Source: Vicinamibacteria bacterium
GTDB taxonomy: Bacteria > Acidobacteriota > Vicinamibacteria > Marinacidobacterales > Marinacidobacteraceae
Assembly (NCBI GenBank): GCA_963668695.2
Contig: CAXXLQ010000004.1
Location: forward strand, 1,024,001-1,088,000
Direction: 5' to 3'
DNA: 64,000 bases
This document shows, in pieces, positions 9,098 to 18,779 of this stretch; within the stretch, counting starts at the first letter, position 1; every line of letters begins with the position of its first letter. The notes beneath the pieces are model-generated. The model searched no databases and was not told the DNA's origin. It saw only the letters and a list, made by a program, of their open reading frames with translations. A program made the translations under genes and the position numbers.

Positions 9098-9925
9098 TCA
9101 CCTCGTTCGCGGCCGGCCGGAAAAGGTGTCCATGGCGGCATGGATACCGAAGAACGCCGCAATTGGATCGAGCCAGCCGGCGGGAAGCAGACGCAGCAGC
9201 TTGAGGGAGTGGACGAACCAGGGGAGGACGACCATCGCGCGGTCCTTCTCGATCGCCCGCACGGCAGCCTCGGCGACTCTTGACGGTTGGAGGATCGGGA
9301 GAAGGAACGGAAAACGAGTGCGAACACCCGCAAACATGCCGGTGTCCACGAAAAAGGGGCAGATCAAACTGCTGCGCACGCCGGGCGCGGTACGGCGCAA
9401 TTCGCTCCGGAGAGATTCGTGGAATCCGACGGCCCCGAATTTGGAAGCGCAGTAGTCGGAAAGGCCCGGGACTCCAATCAGGCCGGCGGCGGACGCCATC
9501 GTCACGAAGTGCCCTTCGCCCCTTTCGATCATGGAGGGAAGGAACGCGCCGGTGGTCCAGAAGAGCGCCGCCGTGTTGACCCGAAGGGTGCGTAGAACCT
9601 CCTCCGGAGAGAGGTCCACCAGGCGCTTTCCCGAGACGACGCCGGCGTTGTTGACGAGCACATCTACCTCGCCGAACGAGGCTCGGAGCCGTTCGGCGGC
9701 GCCCGAAACCGCGTCCGGATCCCCGACATCCACCGCATCCGAAACGACGATCTGATTCTCGTTCCGGCGAGTGGCGGCAATCCGGGAAACCGCGTCAGGA
9801 AGGGCCCTGCCGTTCAGATCCCAGATGGCAACGTGCGCTCCCCGCGCTGCCGCCCCGCGGGCGATCAGCAGGCCCATGCCCTGCGCCGCGCCGGTCACCA
9901 ATAGCCGGCGGCCAGCGAGCTTCAC
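9098..9925 (-). CDS. SDR family oxidoreductase
   Basis: TGAAQGMG, NNAG and YCASK motifs; GTG start overlaps the upstream stop. Confidence 0.9.
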   Translation of the reverse strand: MKLAGRRLLVTGAAQGMGLLIARGAAARGAHVAIWDLNGRALPDAVSRIAATRRNENQIVVSDAVDVGDPDAVSGAAERLRASFGEVDVLVNNAGVVSGKRLVDLSPEEVLRTLRVNTAALFWTTGAFLPSMIERGEGHFVTMASAAGLIGVPGLSDYCASKFGAVGFHESLRSELRRTAPGVRSSLICPFFVDTGMFAGVRTRFPFLLPILQPSRVAEAAVRAIEKDRAMVVLPWFVHSLKLLRLLPAGWLDPIAAFFGIHAAMDTFSGRPRTR

Positions 9926-10790
9926 CGCGAGCCTCCGGCGCTGTTCCCGAAGTAGGGGCAGAGCGCCGATTCGGGAGGGGGCGCGGAGAACCGGCTGACC
10001 ACCACCCCCAATACCAGGGAAACCAGCACCCCCGGCGCAGCCGGATGGATGAACTCGGGGCCCCATCCCGGCCAGGGCAGCACGCCGCTCTGCCAGACGA
10101 AAACTCCCGCCACTCCGCCCACCATGGCGGCGAGAGCACCTTCCCGGGTGAGTCCCCGCCAGAAGACCCCGAGTACCACCGGAACGAAGAAGGCGCTGGC
10201 CATGATCGCGGTGAAGAGCAGCACGATGAACTGCACGAGTTCCCCCTCGCCGACTCCGCTGAGAATCAGCACCAGGGGAGCGATTCCAACGATCAGAATC
10301 CCCAGCCGGGCCGCGAGCATCCGGGACCGCGGGCTGGCGCCCGGCCTCAACACTCCCAGCAGATCATGGGAAAGAGCCGACCCGGCAACCAGCAGCAGCG
10401 AATCCACGGTGGACATGATCGCCGAAACCACGGCCGCAAGCAGCACCGTTCCGAGAACCGGCGGCAGCGCGTAGAACGCGATGAGCGGCATCGCGAGGTC
10501 GCCGCTCGGGAGGTTGGGGAATAACCCCATGGCGCCAAGTGCGATCAGGAACACCAGCAGGTTCACTCCGGTGGCAACGATCATGGCGAGGAAGAGACCC
10601 CGCCGGATTTCGTGCTGATCGCGCATCGCGTAGAGGCGCACGAGTTTTTCGGGCGTGGCCACGCCTCCCAGCAGGAAGGAAATGCCCATCGTGAAGAGCA
10701 GCACCCCGGGAAGGGAGCCGAATTCGAAGGCCTCCGGCCGAAGAGCCTCCACGGCGGCAAAGAGCGGTCCCGGCCCGCCCAGCAGGCGGT
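9922..10790 (-). pseudogene. Sodium:solute symporter, C-terminal half only
   Basis: SAIMSTVDSLL and W.GLTREGALAAMVGG SSS motifs; the N-terminal helices are missing. Confidence 0.75.
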
Positions 10791-11417
10791 CAACCCGCCG
10801 TCGTTCGCTTCCTTGAGGCCGCTCCCGAGCACGTTTGATTCGCTGTAGGTGATCCCCATCTCGCGGACCCCGAAGCCATGGAGGACTTCCACCCGATCGA
10901 GTTCGTTCTCGATGGGCGCCGCTCCTTCGATGGCCGCCACCCAGGCAATCCGCCCCTCAGCGTGGGCTCTCAGGATGTCATCCACGGTTTTGCAGTGGAT
11001 GAGGAAGTCCTGGTGGGCGATATCCGCGAGGCGCATTCCGAGGTCGTGGAGCACCTCGTTCCACTTCCAGCCGGTCCGCGATTCGATCCGGCAGATCCCG
11101 TCGAGCAGGTTGTCGAAGACGCAGTCCCAATCGGACCCGGCGAGCGCTTCGAAAGGGGTGAAGACCCGCCCTTCGCGGACGTACGCCGGAGTTCGGTGGA
11201 TGTCCCGGGGAAAGCTGCCGAGGTGTTCGTGGAGCGATATCAGCACCAATTCACCGGCGAGACGTTCGGCGCGGGCCTCCTCTTCGGCAGAGAGCGGAAC
11301 CGGGTGCGCCGGAAAGAGTTCAGCGTCCTCCACCAGGTCTTCCGGGCGGTAGTCCTCGCCCGGAGTCAGATAGCCAAACGAGCGGTAGCCGGCCGCGCCG
11401 CGCTTGTTTCTTCCCAC
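10787..11417 (-). pseudogene. Membrane dipeptidase (M19) family, 3'-truncated
   Basis: SLHEH and EGA...ITYSESN.LGSG...DGGLT, then the sequence switches to off-frame symporter DNA; the DxSH half is absent. Confidence 0.75.
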
Positions 11418-11595
11418 GAACCGATGCTACCAGCGGCTGGAGGCCCGGTCTTCAGGCCGGCATCGCTCCCGGAGGGGGCGAAAGAAGCGGCTCCCAGCCA
11501 CTGGAACAACGGCCCCCGCGGGATCGGCCCGGCAGGCTCTCGGGCTGATAGCGTTCTCCGCCGCCCGGTTGGGCCCTTCCGCTGCGGAGAACTCC

Positions 11596-13023
11596 ATGAG
11601 AACAAAGACCAAAACCCCCACCCTCGTCGTGCTCGCGCTCGCTGGTTTCAGCGTCCTGGCCGCCGCCCAGGACTATGGAAGCCGCGGCAACCTGGGAGCC
11701 TCGGCTACCGAGGCGGAACGCGCCGAGATCGAGGCGATCTACCAGCGGTTCGTTCCCTACATCGACCGGGCGCGCACCGAACTCACGATGGTCCGCGAAA
11801 CCGTCGCCTACGCCGAGGCCCGTGGCTTCCGCGCGTGGGATCCGGCCATCCGGGAAATGAACGCCGGCGACCGCTTCTACGCGATCAACCGGGACCGGAC
11901 GATGCTCCTGTGGATTGTCGGCAGCGAACCGCTGGCCTCCGGGATGCGCCTCATCAACAGCCACATCGACTCGGTTCGGCTCGAACTGAAGCCGCATCCA
12001 CTCACCCGCAAGAAGGACGCCGCGGCGCTCGACACCCTGGTGCACGGCGGGGTCAAGGCGTACCAGTGGGTAAACGTCCCGCTTGGGCTCACCGGGCGGG
12101 TGGACCGGAAAGACGGATCGGTGGTCTGGATCGACTACGGCTTCGACGAGAACGATCCGGTGTTGCTGATTCCCGATCTCGCCCCGCATGTGGACCGCGA
12201 TTTCCGGGATCGGACCCGGGCCGAGGCGATCCACCGCGAGGAACTCGATCCGCTCATCACTTCAGCGCCCACCGGCGGCGATGACGGGATGGACGCAATG
12301 GAGCGCGCCGTCTCTCTGATCGAGTCCGAATTCGGGATCGAGCCGGAGGACTGGGTCAGCAGCGACGTCCAGATCGTTCCCGTTACCAAGCCGCGCGAAG
12401 TCGGTATGGATCGAGCGCTCTTCGCCGCCTTCGGCCTCGACGACCGGCTGACCGGGGTCGCGAACGTGTTTGCATTGGAGGATCTGGAGACTCCGACCCA
12501 CACGGCGATGGCCTACCTGGTCACCGACGAGGAGGTCGGGAGCGGCTCCAACATCAGCGTCGGGTCCGAATGGTTCCGCCGGGTCGTCGCCGAAATGATC
12601 CGCGCCGAAAAAGGATCGGTCAGTGCGCTCGACGTGATGGAGTGCTTCGGCAACACCGACATGATCACCGCGGACACCACCACCGCGACGAACCCGCTGT
12701 GGCCGTCGCCCCAGGCGCCGGACAACGCCTCGCTGCTCCACCACGGACTGGTCATCAAGCTGTATGGCGCCGGCCGCAGCGCGAACAGCGAATTCGTGGC
12801 CCGGCTGCGCCGGATGCTCGACGACGACGACGTGGCCTGGCAGAGCCACACCTACAAGGCCGGCTACGGCGGCGGGACCATCGCCCGCTACTTCAACCAG
12901 ATGAACATGGAGGTCACCGACTGGGGCGTCGGCATCCTCTCGATGCACAGCACCTACGACGTCGCCTCCAAAGCCGACCTGTGGGCGCTCTACAAGGGGT
13001 TCGTCGCCTTCTTCAAGAGCTGA
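11596..13023 (+). CDS. M18 family aminopeptidase with N-terminal signal peptide
   Basis: SHIDS, GLDDR, DEEVGS, GGTI and MHS motifs; RBS ggaga before the ATG. Confidence 0.85.
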   Translation: MRTKTKTPTLVVLALAGFSVLAAAQDYGSRGNLGASATEAERAEIEAIYQRFVPYIDRARTELTMVRETVAYAEARGFRAWDPAIREMNAGDRFYAINRDRTMLLWIVGSEPLASGMRLINSHIDSVRLELKPHPLTRKKDAAALDTLVHGGVKAYQWVNVPLGLTGRVDRKDGSVVWIDYGFDENDPVLLIPDLAPHVDRDFRDRTRAEAIHREELDPLITSAPTGGDDGMDAMERAVSLIESEFGIEPEDWVSSDVQIVPVTKPREVGMDRALFAAFGLDDRLTGVANVFALEDLETPTHTAMAYLVTDEEVGSGSNISVGSEWFRRVVAEMIRAEKGSVSALDVMECFGNTDMITADTTTATNPLWPSPQAPDNASLLHHGLVIKLYGAGRSANSEFVARLRRMLDDDDVAWQSHTYKAGYGGGTIARYFNQMNMEVTDWGVGILSMHSTYDVASKADLWALYKGFVAFFKS

Positions 13024-13088
13024 CGCTTCCCACCCTTCCCCCGAGACTCGCCCGGAAATACCTCCGCTCCGCCAACCGCCGCCCCGGC

Positions 13089-13265
13089 ATGAGCGTCCGC
13101 GACCTGGAGGCCGAACTCTGGAACTGCGCCCAGATCCTGCGCGGTAGCGCCGTGGCCCGCACCGACTGGAAGACGCACATCCTGCCGCTGCTGTTCTTCA
13201 AGTAAATCAGCGACGTCTGGGACGAGGAGACCGCAGCCGCGATAGACACCTACGGGGAAGCCGAC
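13089..13265 (+). pseudogene. hsdM: Type I R-M HsdM N-terminal fragment
   Basis: LEAELWNCAQILRGS...DWKTHILPLLFFK*ISDVWDEE with an in-frame TAA at 13203-13205. Confidence 0.8.
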
Positions 13266-13457
13266 AAGGACGGCGGGCTTGACCTCCAGGAAGTGAAGGA
13301 AATCGTGGTCCGAAGAACTGATCTTGACAGGTACACCCTTCGGCGCGGCGATGTGCTGATGACTGAGGGCGGAGACCTTGACAAGCTCGGCAGAGGCACA
13401 GTCTGGCAGGAAGAGGTCGCTGGCTGTCTTCACCAGAATCACCTCTTTGCAGTTCGT
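13266..13457 (+). pseudogene. hsdS: Type I R-M HsdS target-recognition-domain fragment
   Basis: GDVLMTEGGDLDKLGRG.VW...CLHQNHLFAVR, in frame with the hsdM fragment. Confidence 0.75.
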
Positions 13458-13764
13458 ATTCTGGAGAAGGCGATGGAGACGACGAAGCGCGCCGCTGCCG
13501 GCCCGTCGATATTCGATGTGACGGTCGAAGTGACAAAGGAGAAATCATGAGGAAGGATCCGGCTGAAGAGTTGGGGGTCAGACTGGTTCACCTGATCGTG
13601 CTGATTCCGGTGGTCTGGTTCGTCCTGTGCTTTTTTCGCACCAGGATGTATCCGCGATGCACTCATCTGGCCGGATGAGTACATCAGCGGTGAACCGAGC
13701 GCGTTACGCGACACAAGGCCTGAATGGATGAAGGAATGATGGCCGCGGCCTTCCCACCAAGTCC

Positions 13765-13915
13765 CCGTCGAACCCCACTTGCGCGAGGCGTTGATTCGGC
13801 TGAATCCGGAGATCGCGGCGCAGCTCGACCGCACCGACGAGGTCCTGTACCGGCTGCTGGCCATCCTGATGACTGTCCGGACCGAGGGGCTGGTCAAGGC
13901 CAACAAGGAGTATCG
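13765..13915 (+). pseudogene. hsdR: Type I R-M HsdR N-terminal fragment
   Basis: VEPHLREALIRLNPEIAAQLDRTDEVLYRLLAI...GLVKANKE. Confidence 0.65.
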
Positions 13916-14588
13916 GAATGTGGGGGTGACGAGCCAGGGAAAGGCAAAACATGTGACATATAGGCCCGTTTTTCACCGAATATCGGCAACCATCTGCACA
14001 CACTTACCCCCGTGCCTAGAGTTTTTCCGGCGCTTGTGGAGCGGCGACTTCGTTCGTTCCTGATCGTCTGAGCGGAGGAGGAACGCTCGCGGCGGAACAA
14101 CCCGGATCCGACGTCATCACCAGGCAGAGCCGCACCGACAGGGTCGGCGAGGGCGGTTGCCTCTCCCACACTCGCGGCGCCTCCGTCCGCGCGATCGGAT
14201 CGGGGCATGATCGAGTGTGGATCGAGGCATGATCCACGGGCGCTCGTCACCCGCAACGGCGACGGACTACGGTCAGGCGTCCGGCGGATCGTGTCAATTT
14301 GATGATGCGATGGAGAAACTGACATAGCAGCCCCGACGCCATCGGCGGCCTGGAGTGCTGGACATCACTCCCGGGCAACCCCCTCGTCCACGGCGGCGAC
14401 GACATCTACTCATTGAAGGGCTTTCGCGTCGCCCCCCGGTTCCTGGCTGCGGGGCCATCCTGAACTCGGATGCCGGCTCCGAATCGCCCCGCGCGGCCCG
14501 GCAGGGATGCCGGGCCGGCCGGCCACGGAACCGGGAACTCCGCTCTGGGCAGTTGCCATGATTTTCCCTAATCTCTACACTTGCGAGG

Positions 14589-15287
14589 ATGTCAAGTCAC
14601 AAGGTGCACTCCGGGGCGCTTCAGCCGGAGTCCTTGATCAGCGTCGGCCTCGACGCTGACGACCTTCGGGCGCTCCCGGAAACGCTTCGTGAGCAGTGTG
14701 GCGTCCTCTGGGAGGGGCCTTCAGGGGACTGGACCTTGGTGGGCACCCGCGACACGGAACTGGCGCAACTCGTCCGGAGGGTACTTGCCCGCCTGGAACC
14801 GATGGCGGCCATGCACCGCCGGAGGCTCAGCGAGCGGAACATTGATCTCTTGTTGGAGAGCATTCTCTCCGACACTCCGCGGGACGACATCCACGCTGTG
14901 CTCGAGATGGACAACGCCAAGCTGCGCGCCGACTATGTGGAGGAGACACGCCTGCTCACCGGGGCCGAGGTTCGCGCCGCGTCGGGTCTCAGCCCGAAAA
15001 ACGCCAGCGAACCGGCCTCGCGCTGGAAGCGCGAGGGCAGAGTCTTCGCGGTGCGCCACGCCGGGCGGGACCTCTATCCGGCGTTCCAGTTCGCCGACGG
15101 GCAGCCGAGACTGGTCATCAAACAGATCCTCGCCGTCATGCCATCCTCGGCGACACCCTGGCAGATTGCGCTGTGGTTCGCATCCGGAAACGGCTGGCTC
15201 GACGGCGCGGAACCGCGGGCGTGTCTCGACGCCACCGATGAAGTCGTTGAGGCAGCCCGCGATTTCGCCAACCCGGTCGAGGGCTGA
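14589..15287 (+). CDS. Antitoxin of a RES-type TA system (MbcA/Xre-like)
   Basis: ASRWKREGRVFAV...YPAFQF...W.IALWF...NGWLDG..P; lies directly upstream of the RES gene. Confidence 0.75.
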   Translation: MSSHKVHSGALQPESLISVGLDADDLRALPETLREQCGVLWEGPSGDWTLVGTRDTELAQLVRRVLARLEPMAAMHRRRLSERNIDLLLESILSDTPRDDIHAVLEMDNAKLRADYVEETRLLTGAEVRAASGLSPKNASEPASRWKREGRVFAVRHAGRDLYPAFQFADGQPRLVIKQILAVMPSSATPWQIALWFASGNGWLDGAEPRACLDATDEVVEAARDFANPVEG

Positions 15288-15301
15288 CGGAGGCCCGGAT
15301 C

Positions 15302-15937
15302 GTGACGATCCTGGAGCCTTCCGCACGATTGGCCACTCCCAATCCCAAGATCCTCGGATCCGGGACTGCTCTGCACCGCATCCATGACAGGGATCGGCCC
15401 GCCAACGCCTTCAACCCGTGTCGAGGGAGGCCCACGCGCTTCGCGCCGATCGTGGATGCCGACGGACGCTGCGTGCCCTCCCTCTACGCGGGGAGTTCCT
15501 TCGACTCCGTCGCGTATGAAACCCTGTTCCGCGGCATCCCCGTAAGTACAAGACGGAAGACGGCTCCTACATCCGCGATGGTCACCCGTGCCCACGGCAT
15601 ACTCCAGACGCAGCGCAATCTCACGCTCGCCTCGCTGCGGGCACCCGATCTCGCGAAGTGGGGGGTTTCGCGCGATTCGGTGAGCGCTTCCTCGCCGAAG
15701 CTCTATAAGGCGACGGCCGCCTGGGCGACGGCCATTCACGACCAGTTTCCGGACATCGAGGGTCTGGTGTGGACTTCGAACCGATGCGATCCGGACGACG
15801 CCTACCTCTTCTTCGGGGATCGGGTGAGCGCGACGGATTTCCGAATCGCCTCCGTCCGGGACGGCCGCGCGGACCCCCCGCTCCTCGCCGATGTGCGGCG
15901 GGCAGGACAGCGCGCCGGGATCACGATCGTGACCTGA
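15302..15937 (+). CDS. RES domain toxin
   Basis: TRF...LYAG...YETLF...GLVWTS: the R, E and S signature residues are present. Confidence 0.8.
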   Translation: MTILEPSARLATPNPKILGSGTALHRIHDRDRPANAFNPCRGRPTRFAPIVDADGRCVPSLYAGSSFDSVAYETLFRGIPVSTRRKTAPTSAMVTRAHGILQTQRNLTLASLRAPDLAKWGVSRDSVSASSPKLYKATAAWATAIHDQFPDIEGLVWTSNRCDPDDAYLFFGDRVSATDFRIASVRDGRADPPLLADVRRAGQRAGITIVT

Positions 15938-16165
15938 TCAGGCGAGCTGCGAGAGGAGGGCCAACGCCGGGGCGACGCGGATTCCATCGGCGGTCTGGTA
16001 GTCCTTCATTCCTGCCGCAGAGATTTGCCACGCCGCGGCGTGTGGAAACTTCCCTTTGAAAAAGCGGAGGCTCCGGGCCACCGGCGCGTCGGACCACTTG
16101 CACTCCACCAGTAGCTGCGGCTGCTCCCGCGACGTCACCACGAAGTCCACCTCATGGCCATCCTC
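15938..16165 (-). pseudogene. C-terminal fragment of an AAA+/DUF4143 (PD-(D/E)xK) protein
   Basis: GHEVDFVV...LVECKWS; the ATPase part is absent. Confidence 0.6.
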
Positions 16166-16218
16166 TTGGCCATGACGGTCCCGCCGGGCCGATGGACAAA
16201 CTCCACCCAAGTTGCCGC

Positions 16219-17121
16219 TTACGTCGTCCCGTGCGCGATAGTGGTTCCGGCGACGTCCTCGCAGTAGCGGGCAATGGCCGCGTGGTCCTCGCGGGCGTGG
16301 CCGTTATCCACCAAGGTCTTCACGAACTGGCGGACCACGGTGGTGACCGGAATCGGGCTCCCGTTCCCGGCGGCAGCCGCCAGCGCGTTGTTCAGGTCCT
16401 TGAGATGGAGTTCGAGGCGGAATCCCGGTTGCCAATCGCCCGCGATCATCTTCCCCGCCTTGGCATTCAGCACGGCGCTGCCGGCGAGGCCGCCCTGAAT
16501 CGCCGACACCACCACCCTGGGGTCCAGGCCGGATCGAACCGCAAACACGAGCGCTTCTCCCACGGCCTGGATGTTTGCGGCCACGACCATCTGGTTCGCG
16601 AGCTTCACGGTATTCCCCGCTCCCGCCGGACCGCAGAGCACCGCGCTCCTTCCGAGCACCTCGAACACCGGACGGAGGGCCTCGAAGGCCGCCTCGCCGC
16701 CTCCCGCCATGATCGCGAGTTCGCCGGCAATGGCGCCAGGCTCTCCTCCGCTCACCGGAGCGTCCACGAAGGCGACGCCGCGCGCCACGGCGGCCGCGCC
16801 GATCTCCCGTGAAACCCCGGGCTCGATCGAGGACATGTCGGTCACCAGGGGCGGCAGTTCTGCCGCCGCCAGGACCCCGTCCGGACCGAGCATCACGAGT
16901 TCCGAATCCGGAGAGTCCGGGAGCATGAGGATCACCGCGTCCTGAGCGCTCGCGCACTCGGCGGCGGATGCAGACCTGCGCGCCCCGGCAGCGGCCAGCT
17001 CGTCCACCGGCCCCCGCGAGCGGCTGTGGACCGTGAGGTCGAACCCGGCCGCGAGCAGATTCTTCGCCATGGGCCTTCCCATGACTCCGAGGCCGATGAA
17101 TCCGATTTTGTGGAGTGACAT
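16219..17121 (-). CDS. garR: 2-hydroxy-3-oxopropionate reductase (beta-hydroxyacid dehydrogenase family)
   Basis: IGFIGLGVMG, DAPVSGG, KLANQ and LHLKDL motifs. Confidence 0.8.
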   Translation of the reverse strand: MSLHKIGFIGLGVMGRPMAKNLLAAGFDLTVHSRSRGPVDELAAAGARRSASAAECASAQDAVILMLPDSPDSELVMLGPDGVLAAAELPPLVTDMSSIEPGVSREIGAAAVARGVAFVDAPVSGGEPGAIAGELAIMAGGGEAAFEALRPVFEVLGRSAVLCGPAGAGNTVKLANQMVVAANIQAVGEALVFAVRSGLDPRVVVSAIQGGLAGSAVLNAKAGKMIAGDWQPGFRLELHLKDLNNALAAAAGNGSPIPVTTVVRQFVKTLVDNGHAREDHAAIARYCEDVAGTTIAHGTT

Positions 17122-17133
17122 GATGCGCCGAGG

Positions 17134-17327
17134 CTAGCAGCTGGTGGACAAAGTAACGCGAGCACCGAGGCCGGTGAGGCGTCCGTCTGACAAGGCGCAA
17201 ATCGGGAGGCATACCGAGTGTATTCCGACCGATTTGCAACGCAGAGCGCCAGTTCTCCCGGTGGGGGGCGGTCAGATGGAATGCATCGCCGGTCGAAAGC
17301 CGGGATACTTTAGGCACGGGCTGCTGA
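17134..17327 (+). mobile_element. Palindromic MITE copy 2 (divergent, with compensatory changes; one 19-nt insert)
   Basis: ctagcagctggtggacaaagt...ctgacaaggcgc...atac-cgagt-gtat...gcaacgc...cacgggctgct. Confidence 0.7.
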
Positions 17328-17414
17328 CACCGAGACGAGGCTCGAACGGGCCTTCCGGACGCCTTCCGCGCTAGCCTCGCGGATGAACACAAAACGACTG
17401 ATTGGAGAAACCAC

Positions 17415-17747
17415 GTGAGTCATTACTACGACGACCACGATCTGTCCCGGTTCGGCGAAATGGGCCGTAACGCACCAGACCTCTGGGAGAAATTCAACGC
17501 TTGGTACCAGGCCACCTTCCAGGAGGGCTCGCTCACCGGACGGGAGAAGGCATTGATCGCGCTGGGTGTCGCCCACGCCTTACAGTGCCCCTACTGCATC
17601 GACGCCTGGTCGCAGGAGTGCCTCGAAAAGGGTTCGAACCTCGATCAGATGACGGAGGCCGTCCACGTCGCGGCCGCCATCCGGGGCGGGGCGGCGCTGG
17701 TCCACGGCGTCCAGATGCGGAAACGCAACGCCCAGTTGAGCATGTAG
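17415..17747 (+). CDS. Carboxymuconolactone decarboxylase / peroxidase-like protein of the ArsS-associated type
   Basis: YY...DL..F...REKALIAL.VAHALQCPYCID...AAIRGGAALVHG; RBS ggaga. Confidence 0.85.
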   Translation: MSHYYDDHDLSRFGEMGRNAPDLWEKFNAWYQATFQEGSLTGREKALIALGVAHALQCPYCIDAWSQECLEKGSNLDQMTEAVHVAAAIRGGAALVHGVQMRKRNAQLSM

Positions 17748-17759
17748 GGCGGCGGTCCG

Positions 17760-18779
17760 ATGGAAGCCCTGCTCGAACTCCCCACCCGTAACGCGCACTT
17801 CGCCCCGCGGCCGTCCGAGACGCGGTTCCCGTCTTTCAATTCGGCGCTTGCCCGCCACGGCCTTCATCCCCTCCGTGCGACCGGGATCGAGATCTTCCAG
17901 ATCAACGTGGGCAAGCTCTGCAACCAGACCTGCCGGCATTGCCACGTCGACGCCGGACCGGACCGCACCGAACGGATGACCCGGGAAACCGCCGAGGCCT
18001 GTATGGCGGCCCTGGAACGGACAACCGCCACCACGGTGGACATCACCGGCGGCGCGCCCGAACTGAACGAGAACTTCCGTTACCTGGTGGACGCCTCGCG
18101 AGCTCGCGGGCGCCACGTGATGGACCGCTCCAACCTCACCGTGCTCCTGCTTCGTTCCCAATCCGACCTCGCCCAGTTCCTCGCCGACCGCGAAGTCGAA
18201 GTCATTGCCAGCCTCCCCTACTTCCTGGCGGAACGCACCGATGCGCAGCGGGGAGCGGGCGTCTTCGACAAATCCATCCGCGCGCTCCAGCTTCTGAACC
18301 GCCTCGGCTACGGCCAGGGCGGCTCCCTGCGGCTGCACCTCGTCTACAACCCCACCGGGGCGTTTCTCCCAGGAGACCAAAACGCCCTCGAACGGGAGTT
18401 CAAGCGCGAACTCGATCGGCGCTTCCAGATCCGATTCGATCGGTTGTACGCGATCACCAACCTGCCGATCAGCCGTTTCCTGGATTTCCTGCTCGAGACC
18501 GGCAACTACGAGCGATACATGGAGCGGCTGGTCAACGCCTTCAACCCGGCAGCCGCAAGGGCAGTGATGTGCCGAGACACTCTTTCGATCGGCTGGGACG
18601 GGCAGCTCTATGACTGCGACTTCAACCAGATGTTGGACGACACCGTGGGGTTTGGCGCACCCGCCCATCTCCGGGATTTCTCCCCGGAACTGTTGGAGAC
18701 GCGGCGCATCGTGACCGGCCTCCACTGCTACGGCTGCACCGCCGGGGCTGGCTCGAGCTGCGGAGGAACCACCGCTTGA
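17760..18779 (+). CDS. arsS: Arsenosugar biosynthesis radical SAM protein ArsS family
   Basis: QINVGKLCNQTCRHCHVDAGP (CxxxCxxC), YDCDFNQML and C-terminal HCYGCTAGAGSSCGG. Confidence 0.88.
   Translation: MEALLELPTRNAHFAPRPSETRFPSFNSALARHGLHPLRATGIEIFQINVGKLCNQTCRHCHVDAGPDRTERMTRETAEACMAALERTTATTVDITGGAPELNENFRYLVDASRARGRHVMDRSNLTVLLLRSQSDLAQFLADREVEVIASLPYFLAERTDAQRGAGVFDKSIRALQLLNRLGYGQGGSLRLHLVYNPTGAFLPGDQNALEREFKRELDRRFQIRFDRLYAITNLPISRFLDFLLETGNYERYMERLVNAFNPAAARAVMCRDTLSIGWDGQLYDCDFNQMLDDTVGFGAPAHLRDFSPELLETRRIVTGLHCYGCTAGAGSSCGGTTA

Noticed and set aside
13203-13205. Programmed readthrough producing an HsdM-HsdS hybrid
   Set aside because: The stop is TAA, the fragments lack catalytic domains and the surrounding sequence is decayed; a pseudogene is the simpler explanation.
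13920-14588. Short ORFs and a hairpin (ggcccggca-ggga-tgccgggcc near 14495-14517) between the R-M remnant and the TA pair
   Set aside because: No recognisable product, and no second copy of the hairpin was noticed; too weak to call.
18750-18779. Selenocysteine in ArsS
   Set aside because: The GSSCGG position is a TGC codon, and the TGA at 18777 follows the normal C-terminus and overlaps the next start.
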